Source: Amphiscolops sp. MND2022 (Eukaryota). From it: a stretch of 64,000 bases of DNA. A program made the position numbers and the translations under genes. The stretch spans positions 13,084,001 to 13,148,000 of the forward strand of contig OZ076409.1 in assembly GCA_964187785.1 (NCBI GenBank), given 5' to 3'. Positions within the stretch are counted from its first letter, which is position 1. Every line of letters starts with the position of its first letter. Positions 25,463-38,100 of this stretch are shown piece after piece. Under the pieces are notes generated by a model. It was not told the DNA's origin, did not search any database, and worked only from the letters and a program-made list of their open reading frames with translations.

Positions 25463-28400
25463 GTGACCTTGACAAAAAGACTAGTCACTGTTATAGTCGG
25501 GTTTTTTTGTCTAAGTAAAAGGCTTTGACTAAAAACCAGTGACTATACTAGTCAGGTTTTTTTCTAAAAGCGCTGACGAAAAATTTGCCTCTGTTGTTCC
25601 ATCGAAGCTTTCAAAGCTATTCATCCGAAAATGAAAGTAACCGTTTCAGTCGGAGCTTTTATGTAATAAAAGAGCCCGACTATTACAGTCAATGGTTTTT
25701 TCTTTTTTGGTGTTTTTCAAGACAGACTCGAATGCGACGAAATTTTTGTTCAATATGCTCAACTAAACGAATACCTCGGAAACGCATCCAAGCTAGTGCA
25801 AAAGGTCCCCTTTTATTCTTTCCTTTTTAAACGTTACATACAAAACTGGACGAAACTGAAGTGTCCTCTGTCGATTAATTCGAGTACTGTGAGCCTTTTT
25901 GAAAATTTTTTAATGTCTCCAAAGGGTCCCTCTTTCAATTGTTTGATGTTTTCATTGCTTCATTGGGCTCCCGTATTATTCCAAAGAAATCTGCTCGGCT
26001 ATGGAACTTATTCCATTCTGGAAAAAAGTGGAGTCGAAATATTGAATATAGCTGTTTTATATTCATTTTGTTTGGATCGTTGTCTCTCACTGATTTTGTC
26101 ACTTCGGTTACCGCATCTTCTCCCAGAGCCCATATAAAGTATCTTTTATTTTTATCTCCAGTTCTTCTCTGTACTCTTCTATAATCTCTTTGTCTATTGT
26201 CATCCTGTTTAAATCTTTTGTCTGTGTCATTTTGACATACTGGAAGAATCGTCGCCACCTTAGTTTGGCTTCTTGAATTGTTTTCTTCTCGAATATGGGT
26301 AACCTTATTTTCTGAAGTGATGTTGTTCTTCCCTTCTTCTCTCCGGATTCCTCACTTGAGGAATTTCTGCTTGTCATTTCTGCTGGGTTAATTTCGTTCT
26401 TTTGACTCATTCTGACTCTGCCTTGTTGGATGTCGTCAAAAAAAATGAGGAAAAGTAAGAAGGAATGTAATACTGAATTGAAAGTGTTTCGTGTTCAAGT
26501 GTTTTAGTAAGATAATACAGTTAGCTTCAGTATGTTAGCAGGTATATTACATAATGATGGTCACAGATAATATAGATAATATGAGGTTATGTAATCTTAC
26601 ATGATATTATGACCTTTACGGATACCATGCTATATTCCACTGTGACCTTGACAAAAAGACTAGTCACTGTTATAGTCGGGCTTTTTTTGTCTAAGGAAAA
26701 GGCTTTGACTAAAAACCAGTGACTATAGTAGTCAGGCTTTTTTCTAAAAGCGCTGACGAAAATTGTGCCTCTGTTGTTCCATCGAAGTTTTCAAAGCTAT
26801 TCATCCGAAGTGAAAGTAACCGTTTCAGTCGGGGCTTTTATGTAATAAAAGAGCCCGACTATTACAGTCAATGGTTTTTCTTTTTGGTGTTTTTCAAGAC
26901 AGACTCGAATGCGACGAAATTTTTGTTCAATATGCTCAACTAAACGAATACCTCGGAAACGCATCCAAGTTAGTGCAAAAGGTCCCCTTTTATTCTTTCC
27001 TTTTTAAACGTTACATACAAAACTGGACGAAACTGAAGTGTCCTCTGTCGATTAATTCGAGTACTGTGAGTCTTTTTGAAAATTTTTTAATGTCTCCAAA
27101 GTGTCCCTCTTTCAATTGTTTGATGTTTTCATTGCTTCATTGGGTTCCCGTATTATTCCAAAGAAATCTGCTCGGCTATGGAACTTATTCCATTCTGGAA
27201 TAAAGTGGAGTCGAAATATTGAATATAGCTGGTTTATATTCATTTTGTTTGGGTCGTTGTCTCTCACTGATTTTGTCACTTCGGTTAACGCATCTTCTCT
27301 CAGAGCCCATATGAAGTATTTTTTATTTTTATCTCCAGTTCTTCTCTGTACTCTTCTATAATCTCTTTGTCTATTGTCATCCTGTTTAAATCTATTGTCT
27401 GTGTCATTTTGACATACTGGAAGAATCGTCGCCACTTTAGTTTGGCTTCTTGAATTGTTTTCTTCTCGAATATGGGTAACGTTATTTTCTGATGTGTTGT
27501 TGTTCTTCCCTTCTTCTCTCCGGATTCCTCACTTGAGGAATTTCTGCTTGTTATTTCTGCTGGGTTAATTTCGTTCTTTTGACTCATTCTGACTCTGCCT
27601 TGTTGGATGTCGTCAAAAAAATGAGGAAAAGTAAGAAGGAATGTAATACTGAATTGAAAGTGTTTCGTGTTCAAGTGTTTTAGTAAGATAATACAGTTAG
27701 CTTCAGTATGTTAGCAGGTATATTACATAATGATGGTCACAGATAATATAGATAATATGAGGTTATGTAATCTTACATGATATTATGACCTTTACGGATA
27801 CCATGCTATATTCCACTGTGACCTTGACAAAAAGACTAGTCACTGTTATAGTCGGGCTTTTTTGTCTAAGGAAAAGGCTTTGACTAAAAACCAGTGACTA
27901 TAGTAGTCAGGCTTTTTTCTAAAAGCGCTGACGAAAATTGTGCCTCTGTTGTTCCATCGAAGTTTTCAAAGCTATTCATCCGAAGTGAAAGTAACCGTTT
28001 CAGTCGGGGCTTTTATGTAATAAAAGAGCCCGACTATTACAGTCAATGGTTTTTCTTTTTGGTGTTTTTCAAGACAGACTCGAATGCGACGAAATTTTTG
28101 TTCAATATGCTCAACTAAACGAATACCTCGGAAACGCATCCAAGTTAGTGCAAAAGGTCCCCTTTTATTCTTTCCTTTTTAAACGTTACATACAAAACTG
28201 GACGAAACTGAAGTGTCCTCTGTCGATTAATTCGAGTACTGTGAGTCTTTTTGAAAATTTTTTAATGTCTCCAAAGTGTCCCTCTTTCAATTGTTTGATG
28301 TTTTCATTGCTTCATTGGGTTCCCGTATTATTCCAAAGAAATCTGCTCGGCTATGGAACTTATTCCATTCTGGAATAAAGTGGAGTCGAAATATTGAATA

Positions 28401-29477
28401 TAGCTGGTTTATATTCATTTTGTTTGGGTCGTTGTCTCTCACTGATTTTGTCACTTCGGTTACCGCATCTTCTCTCAGAGCCCATATGAAGTATCTTTTA
28501 TTTTTATCTCCAGTTCTTCTCTGTACTCTTCTATAATCTCTTTGTCTATTGTCATCCTGTTTAAATCTATTGTCTGTGTCATTTTGACATACTGGAAGAA
28601 TCGTCGCCACCTTAGTTTGGCTTCTTGAATTGTTTTCTTCTCGAATATGGGTAACGTTATTTTCTGATGTGTTGTTGTTCTTCCCTTCTTCTCTCCGGAT
28701 TCCTCACTTGAGGAATTTCTGCTTGTCATTTCTGCTGGGTTAATTTCGTTCTTTTGACTCATTCTGACTCTGCCTTGTTGGATGTCGTAGATAAGAATGA
28801 GGAAAAGTAAGAAGGAATGTAATACTGAATTGAAAGTGTTTCGTGTTCAAGTGTTTTAGTAAGATAATACAGTTAGCTTCAGTATGTTAGCAGGTACATT
28901 ACATAATGATGGTCACAGATAAAATAGATAATATGAGGTTATGTAATCTTACATGATATTATGACCTTTACGGATACCATGCTATATTCCACTGTGACCT
29001 TGACAAAAAGACTAGTCACTGTTATAGTCGGGCTTTTTTGTCTAAGTGAAAGGCTTTGACTAAAAACCAGTGACTATAGTTTTTTTTTCTAAAAGCGTTG
29101 ACGAAAAATGTGCCTCTGTTGTTCCATCGAAGCTTTCAAAGCTATTCATCCGAAAGTGAAAGTAACCGTTTCAGTCGGAGCTTTTATGTAATAAAAGAGC
29201 CCGACTATTACAGTCAATGGTTTTTCCTTTTTTGGTGTTTTTCAAGACAGACTCGAATGCGACAAACTTTTTGTTCAATATGCTCAACTAAACGAATACC
29301 TCGGAAACGCATCCAAGTTAGTGCAAAAGGTCCCCTTTTATTCTTTCCTTTTTAAACGTTACATACAAAACTGGACGAAACTGAAGTGTCCTCTGTCGAT
29401 TTTTTCGAGTACTGTGAGTCGTTTTGAAAATTTTTTAATGTCTCCAAAGGGCCCCTCTTTCAATTGTTTGATGTTTT
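24776..29477. repeat. Tandem array, 4 units of about 1.18 kb (gag 5' part + 5'LTR + flanking HINE DNA)
   Basis: Unit starts 24776, 25956, 27133, 28308; LTR copies at 25245, 26424, 27601, 28776, each followed by GTGAC. Confidence 0.95.
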
Positions 29478-29975
29478 GCAACAATTGGGTTATAAATTTA
29501 CTTCTATGCAAATTGAGACATTTCAAAATGCTCATTTTTCGTCTGAAATTAGGTTTTGTCAAAATATGTCTGTCCACTATCAAATTTTTTCAATTCGAAT
29601 TTTGGACGATGTATTTGAACTACATTGTGTTTTATCAAAGAGGAGAAAGAGGAGGCAGTGGTTCGAAAAGAAGCGGTCCCATTCGTTCCAGCACGAAACT
29701 TTTAGGTGTTTCGACACTTTTATGTGATATTTTTGTTTTAAAAAAGTCCTGAGCATATTTTGGAAACTGCACTTTTGAGCCTTAAGTCGGACGCCGAATT
29801 GGGACGTCCCCGTCTTGTTAATGTACTCTAGTTCTTTGCAATTGCATGTCGTCTCGAAAGTTGACTACGTTCAGATTGGTTTTAGTCGAGCCCATCTTGA
29901 TTTACTGTTGAGAAAATCTTGATCAAAAGTAGCGAAAAGACAATTCTAGAAATCCATCTCCGAAATTCTCCGTTA

Positions 29976-31047
29976 TTTTTGGTCGGCGCTTCTCGAAGAG
30001 AAGACCCGACTATAGCGGTGCCTTTTTCAAGACCAGCGAAATGACAGATTTCTATAAGCATCTTCTACACGTTTCTATAGTCCCTTTTGGCCTAGCGGTT
30101 AACTCGGATTTGAAGAGGGCGATGTCTGAGAACCAGTAGAAGTACGTGGTTTCGGGTCTCGCACTGAAACATTTTTTAATGCTTGCAAACTTAGAGGGGA
30201 TACCTTTGGGGAGTTTTGGCACTGCGCGACTATTTCCTGAAGTTTTTTAACCTTGACTTTTAGCAGAAACAAAGCGTTTTGCGAGCATAGAAGGCCTTTT
30301 TAGGTGTTTTGGTTCTATGCGACTTACCGACGATTTTTAAAAAAAAATTTAAAAATTAGTATTTCGAAAATTACGGAATTTTTAATTTTTTGAGGTTTCA
30401 AAGCTTCTTTCGGCACTATGAGACTTTTTTCGGATAAAAAATGGTTTTTGAAATAACTATTTGAAAGAATAACCAAAACACTGGCCCGAAATATAATGGA
30501 ATTTGACTCTAAAAATCTACTGGCTAAAAGGGCTTCGTTCACTTCGTTTCTTTTCGCCTTCTCTAAACGGAATTATCATCAAAGTTGAAACAATCCACAC
30601 CAAGGATTCCTCCTTCTAACGTTTTGCTATTGGAATCCAACTCAAAAGACGGCGCATTTTAGTAGAAAATGTGTCCAACTCTCACAGTGGGTAGTTGTTT
30701 AGACGCGTAAGGTCCAATTTTTTGTTCATTTGTTCAACAACATCAACTTGAACAACGGACGTCCAAAACATACTCGAAACGCCAGAACCTCATCCAAAAC
30801 AAAAACATCGACGTCTAGAACCTCGAAAACAGAAAACATACTAAAGATCCCTTTTTGGTGTTTTTCACTCGGATTTTCTTCGGCACTGTCCGACTTTTTT
30901 TGAATTTTCTTGGATTGACCCAAAGGGTCTCCCCTTCGTTTGTTTCGATATTTTGCAACACAATGGATGTCAAAAATTCCCAAATGGTCCCCCTTTTACA
31001 ATTTTGAGCCTTGGATATAGCGCCGACTTTGGCCGTTCCCGGCTTAT
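29976..31047 (+). mobile_element. HINE-like element(s), probably composite
   Basis: 5' TTTTTGGTCGGCGC..CCCGACTA; 3' GCGCCGACTTTGGCCGTTCCCGGCTTATT. Confidence 0.55.
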
Positions 31048-32358
31048 TTTTACATTTTTCTTGATAAATGTTTTCCTGATGAGAACGTTCGAAACAGTCG
31101 AAATACGCAAAAAATGTACGCGAAACGAATGGAAAAGATGCGATTGTAGTTCTGGTTGACACTTTCCTATCGGAAGCCTTATAAGAAAGGAACAATAGAC
31201 GATCCGATTTTTCTGAAGTAAAGTCAGCGTAATTGACTTCTTGGTATTATATTGTGATAAGACTTGAACTGTACTTTTCATTATTGAAAATTTACTTCAT
31301 TGAACAGTCCTCATGTTCACGTCACTGCTGCGAAGGTTCTCTGTATTTTTGTCCTCCAATCGATTGATTCATGGTACATGTTCCTGAATGTCAGGAATCC
31401 TCGAATTTTCTCTTTTTACTATTGCATTTAGGTTAAGATAGGACAACCGTTAAAAAAGAGAAGCTGTTTATGTGATAAATTGGAAGTGTGTTTGGCTAGA
31501 GGGTTGTTTTTTTTTACTTTTCAATCTGAAAAGCAGAGTTTTGACACCGCTAATCATCGATTTAGCGAATTAGCGGCCGCGCAAAATTTTTTCAGCGATT
31601 TCATTAGCTATTCAAATTAGCGGCAGCTAATAGATTGTCCAAATTCAAAATTTCTTCTGAGTATACACTGAGTATTCAGAAGAAATTTCGAATTTGGACA
31701 ATCTATTAGTTGCCGCTAATTTGAATCGCTAGTGAAAATCGCTGAAAAAATTCTGCGCTAAACCGCTAATTTCAAAATCGCTATTTCGCTGAAAAGCGTT
31801 TCTGCAAACTGTTGGATGTTTAGCTTCAAGTAAAATGACCTAATTCAGCTTTTGCGAGTAAAAAGTCTATAATTTCATACTGTGCGGGTTTTACAAGGGT
31901 AGGAGTTGGAATTTTTCGACATCTTCGTAGTTTACGCTATAATGCAACCAAATTTGCAGCTATTAATGAAATTTTCAAAATAAACGCTAACAATCCGGGA
32001 ACGCCATAAGTCGCCCCCATATCTAAGGCTCAAAAATATCGAAAGGACATGAAATTGTCAAAAAACTCAAAGTATCAAACTCACGAAAAACCCAAACGAC
32101 GGAACTGGCGCGCCACATTAAAAGAGCGATCCACATTTTTCAACATCCATTGTTGTAAAACATCAAAAAATTGAAGGGTGAAAATATTTAGTGACAAAAA
32201 ATTTCCGAAAAGTCTCACAGTGCCGAAAAAAACTGAAAGGGGGACCCTTTGGGATTTATTAACATCCTTTTGATGAAATTTTTTTTCGAAAGAAAAGTCT
32301 CATTATGCCAATAAAAAATGGAAAGGGGGGACTCTTTAGTCTCTCCCGGTATGGTATG

Positions 32359-34003
32359 TGTCGCGGGCTACCGCCTGCGACGGGATTCTCTATTAAATCC
32401 CCGCCGGAAATAATGCACCAAATCCACCCCCAGGAGTATTACCAATCTGACCAAAAAGGACTCACCGATCAAAAGACATCAGCGACTCAACACATAACGA
32501 GAATGCAGTTAATAGTACCATATGAGACCGAAGGTCGGTCTGTCCACAATAAACTTTTTAAGCCTAAACTCATTCTTATGCGGCTATTAACTGTCAATTA
32601 GAATATTATTTTCATATGTTCAGTGTTTGTGTTACTTGAAGTTCATAGTTGATCAATGTACAATAACAATGGAAAGTTAAGTAAATTAGAGCTGTAAATT
32701 GACGCGTTTGAACAAGCAATTATACGTGGCAAAGTAAAAGAGTTCAAATACTTGTTTCCTTTGCCAAATTGTACACGCAGTCCAAAACTGATATAGCCAA
32801 TCACATCGCAGTGCTATATTAGCTGTAGCCGTTTGGACCTTGAGTCCACCATGGTGTTATTTATTTATAATACTTCTGACGTCACTGTGCTGTAGCTATG
32901 CGGACTCTAAGTCCACTGTGGTGTTATTTACACATTTAGCCGAATATTATGAATATCATGTAGCTGTGACAATTTTCCAATGCACATGTAAATAGTATTT
33001 GACGCTTGCTAGCCAGATTAGTAGTTTAACACTAAATACCCCCTAGCTTTGTTAAGGTTGCTGCTATTTATGGTGAACATGAAATGATGCAATAATGATG
33101 TAATTCTCTCAGGGCTATTTTTAGTCGCCCCTGAGTCTAAATTTAGACCGATGACCTGAAAAATTATGCTAGTCCTGCAGTGTGAAGTACAAATAGTAGG
33201 GACTACGGGTCACATGGGATCATTCGACTGATTATCAAATACCTGCCATTACGCTCACAATCACAAACTTTGACGAGATTCATTTGTACTTTTGATTAGT
33301 TAAAACCAGTCAGAATACCTGCCATTCAGTCAATACATTGTTGAACTAATTGAATCTTCAATGCCTTCAACTAGAAAGCAAAAGGATAATGAACAGCGGT
33401 CTAGACAATTAAACATGATGTCAGACGTGGAAAATGTTGACATAATGCTAGGAAGTTATTCTAGAGATGATGAAGAAAACGTAGCTAGTGAAAATGAAGT
33501 AAATTTGGACTCAGGGTCCAGTCGGCTACAACGGAGTTCAAATGTGATAGGAGAGGATTTTAGATCTTTACTAAAAATAAATAGTAGGGAAAACAGTGAA
33601 ATTACGATTGAGACCACTAGGATGATTAATGAAGAAACTTCTAATCAAATGTCGAGAAAACTGAGTGAAATCAAAAACAGTTTGAATTTTCAAATACAAG
33701 ATGCAATTAGCAATGCAATCACTGAAAAGATACTTCCCTCTATCCAAAATACGCTAGAGACACGGGGGAGAGAAAATCACACCTTGGCGGACCAAGCGGC
33801 CAATGGGCTACAAGATAGCTCAAGGGCAACTAATTTCACCGCAGGGGACCGAGGGTCCGGTGGGCTACAACGGAACTCCAAAGTAGAAAATGTCCAGAAA
33901 ATTTAGAGAAATTGTCACAGAAAATGTTTTGTGCAAGAAAACAGTAGACATATGTCCCGACAGAGTTCAATGGACTCTACTAGTAGCGAACAAAATCACG
34001 ACA
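32359..34003 (+). repeat. 5' LTR (1645 bp) of giant element
   Basis: Direct repeat of 53118-54756 with scattered substitutions. Confidence 0.95.
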
Positions 34004-35111
34004 TGGTGACAGAAGCCATCCCTACCTCACATCTGGTTCCTGAGTTTCTCATTGGACGTCCCATGCAATCCCGAGACCACCTGCAAAGACAAAATTCTAA
34101 CAATGATGAGTCTCAGGATTCAGTCCCCCAGGTCCCTGAGACCAAGTACTCCTTCTGATCCTATTAACCGTTTTGCAGAAGTACTAGTCGGCATGAATAA
34201 CCGTCCATCAGCACAAACACTGATGGTACGCCCAGTCAGCACGACTACACTGACGTTTGACGGCAAATCGCAGAAATTCGAACTTTTCGAAGATCTCTTC
34301 CACACAAGGATAAAAATGCAACCTGATAAGACTGAAACAATGAAAATAAACCATTTTCATTCATTACTACGCAAGAATGCGTTACAAACTTTCCGTAACA
34401 ATAATACGGCAAACAGGCAAACCTTGGAAGACATCTTGGCCGTATTTCGTCGGTAATACGTCAAACCCGAGTCCCAGGCGACCGCCAAACGCAAATGGCA
34501 TAGAATGCTATTTGACCCAAATACCATGAAATTGCCAGACTTCCTTGAGAAACTCAATCAAGGAGCATTAAAAGCGTTTGGTGAGAACGCCCAGGCAATG
34601 ATCGACAGTCTCCTATATGCCAAATTGCCGCCGAAATTGAAACGCTCAACCAATATGGCAAGACTTGAAAACGCTACTTACGAGGAAATAGTCACCCATT
34701 TAGAACGAGAGCTCGAACTCAATGGACTTGAGGAGGGGGACGACATTCCAGTTCCAACAAGGTGTACTGCCCCTACAGCAAAACGACCGGGAACTGGCCT
34801 TCTTTCCTCTGGCATTGATCCCAACATTACTGCAACTATTGCAAAAAACCTGGACATGTCAAGAATGACTGCCGAAAACTTAAGCGAAAGGAGGAACAAC
34901 GCCGCAACGACGGGCAGAATACCAAAAAAGAACATCCAGAATGTCCAACTTGCGACAAAACGAATCACCCGGCGGATCGATGTTGGAAAGGCGTTGGAGC
35001 CCACCTCAAGCCCAAAAACCTTAACTGGAGGACGCCACCACTACAGATACGTCCACCAGTCAAGAACACGTAAAAAAAACAACGTCAATTTTAAAAAACG
35101 CAAAAAACTAG
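33361..35111 (+). pseudogene. gag of giant element (starts inside the 5'LTR)
   Basis: MPSTRKQK... through LTFDGKSQKFELFEDLF, Zn knuckles CNYCKKPGHVKNDC and CPTCDKTNHPADRC; stops and frameshifts. Confidence 0.8.
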
Positions 35112-38100
35112 GTTCGCCACGACTCCAAATAAAAGAAAAACTCCGTGTCAGACAGTATATAAGATCTGACCCTCCTAATATATATTACACTGAGTATTAT
35201 ACAACTCTCAAAGAAACGTCATCAGCTGACTGGCAGCAGCAGATGAAGACTCCACCTACCTTTTCCACCACGTAGGACCCTATGTCCAACCGACTATAAA
35301 ACGATACCTCGACTACACAACTTATACCTCTTATTGATGACTATAACCAATATTACCTTGACCCTGACTATGGTTTCGACCCCTACTGGGAGGCTAATTG
35401 CTACAATCATCATCATCTACACTTTTACAACAATTATAACAAACCAAATCAGAACGTAGAGCCAGATTCCTCTGACATAGACCAAGCTCTGAATCCTGTC
35501 CTTGAAAACGCTCGAGTTGACCCATGGCAACACGGCACACAACTCACTCATCAAACGACCCACTCCGATGCTGGCGACGAATTTCACCAAGTCTCCCTGG
35601 CCACAGCCGTTGCGGCACGCTTCGTGAACACCCTAGCCACCAGAACAGGTGAACCAGACTATGTACCGCTGACAACCAACCTTGGTCTCAAATATAAACG
35701 ACGAATGCTCTATTTTCCAATGGATTTTGGCGAACTAACTTAAGGTGACCTTGTAGACATGGGAGCTCTTTCTAGCGCAATCTCTGAAGCTGATCCACGT
35801 AAAATCCGCTTATTAGCTCCTCAATCTATCGTCAAAGAGGGCCCAGCACCCAACTTCCAAATCATTGTTGCTAACGGACAGCTGGAGACACCAAAGAGCA
35901 CGGTCGATTTTAAATTTGAAATTGGCGACATAGAATTTCTTGAGACATTCATAGTCATGGAAAAACTCACTATTCCATTGTTTGGCTTTTCGTTCCTCCA
36001 ACGAAACAATACCATTCTGGACATGAGACAAGGAGTCCTTAATTTCCATTTCTTTTCCATGCAATTTAAGACTGCTGACCACAAATATACCAACGTCATG
36101 GAACCCATTTGCATTAGGGATGATGTAACTATCCCACCTAATGACCGACACATGGTCCAACTGACTTCGCAACTGTAGGAAGATACTACAGTTACTGGGA
36201 TCCTCCAACCGAGCAACACTCTCACAGATGATGGTGTCATTGCCTTCTGTGCTGCTCTAGTCACTTTGACCAATGGTCAGGTATCAGTTCACCTGAACAA
36301 CTTTACTGACAGTCCGCATACCCTCAAAAGAGGTACGCAAGTAGCCACTTTCACGGTCCTCACACCAGAACAGATGAAATATGTCAAACCTATAGATCCG
36401 TTGACCACATGGCACCTCTTGCAAGATAACCCTGAAAATGCTGCCTACTATGCAAGCAGCTTTATCAAATCTACCAAACCTGAGGACATCAAGGAACACT
36501 ACTGGTTTCCCACACTAGAGGACTCTGGGGACCCTCAGCATCATACGCCAATCCAGAAAAGAATTTTGTCTGAACAAATCAATCTTCAAGAACTAGAGAA
36601 ACTCAATCCTCAAAACAATCCTGAGTCGAGACGTGAATTTTTGTCCAAATTCGACGTGACAGTCTCTATGCTACAACCAACGGAAATCGCTCGCATAGAG
36701 GACCTTCACCAGGCATCGTTTCGACATAGGCATGAACGAGGACTTCAAGGTTAAATTGACACCAAAAGATGACTCCCCGGCCTACAGCCAAAGCCTACCA
36801 ACACCAATCAATCTCAAGGACGATATCCTTGTAGAATTAGCACTACTACACCGCTATGGGGTATTTACAACTCTCCCATTCTCCAAATATGCAAGCCCAA
36901 CTTCTGCCCATAAGAAATCCAATGGTAAAATCGGACTTTTAGTCGATTTACGAAAAATCAAAAACCTCATTTCGGATGACTATATAAACAACAATCACCC
37001 GTTGAGTACACTCACAGATGCAGCCCAACATATGGCCGGGAAAAAGCTATATTGAAAATTGGACTGCTCGCAAGCATACCATTGCCCACAGTTGGCCGAC
37101 CAGCGTTCCATCGAAATGCTTGCTTTCAATTTTGCCAGCAGAACCTTCGCATAAAGAAGATTGGCACAAGAATTTAGCAGAGTCCTATCGGCCTTTTCTA
37201 GTTTTATGCGCGTATACCTGGACAAAGTCATCAAAGCAGACCAATGTGCCCAATATGTTGATGATATTGGCATCGCAGCTAACGAAGCCGAACAACTAAT
37301 CAACAACATAAGGGCCACCTTCCAATGCATCCAGAACGCTGGTCTGAAACTTACCATGCATAAATGCCGCTGTGGTGCAACGGAAAATGATTTTCTTGGA
37401 CGTACCATCACTCCCGCTCAGAGAGTGAAGCCGCAAAGACATAGGGTCCAAAATTTTCTAGAAAATACGAAATTCTCGAAATCGAAGAAAGCACTGCAAC
37501 GTTACTTGGGATTCTTAAACTATAACAGAAACTACATCCCAAGGCTATCGGAAAAACTAACACCGTTTTTCAAATTGCTTACGAAACATGAAAAAGTCCT
37601 GGTAACTCCTACCTTTTGGAAATATATACAGAGATAAGTAAGGCTCTTGACCGATGTTGTGAACTACCGCTCAAACAACCCTTACCGAATAAGCAAATAG
37701 CCCTTGTGACTGATGCTAGCTTTTTGGCCGCAGGGTACGCAGTTCTCATCGAAGATGATCCCCTCGAAAAATATACATCAACGAGGAAAACTTTCGCGCC
37801 AGTAGCTTACGGATCAAAGACTTTTAATCCTACCCAACTGAAGATGTCCATTTACGCGAATGAATTTTTGGCAACTTTTTTTGCCTTCAAGGAATTCGGA
37901 CATATCTTTTGGGGAACCCCGAAACCAGTGAATATACTCACAGATAACAAATCTGTTACACGCTTTTTCCAAACTAAAATCATTCCACCGACCTTATGGA
38001 ACGCATGTGACTATGTAATCCAATTCAATTTCACAATTGCCCATGTTCCAGGCAAAAACAACACCACTGCCGACTACTAGTCCCGACTCGAAATATCTCC

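Noticed and set aside
24776..29477. CRISPR-like or regularly spaced array
   Set aside because: Units are whole 1.18 kb duplications with no unique spacers; eukaryotic context.
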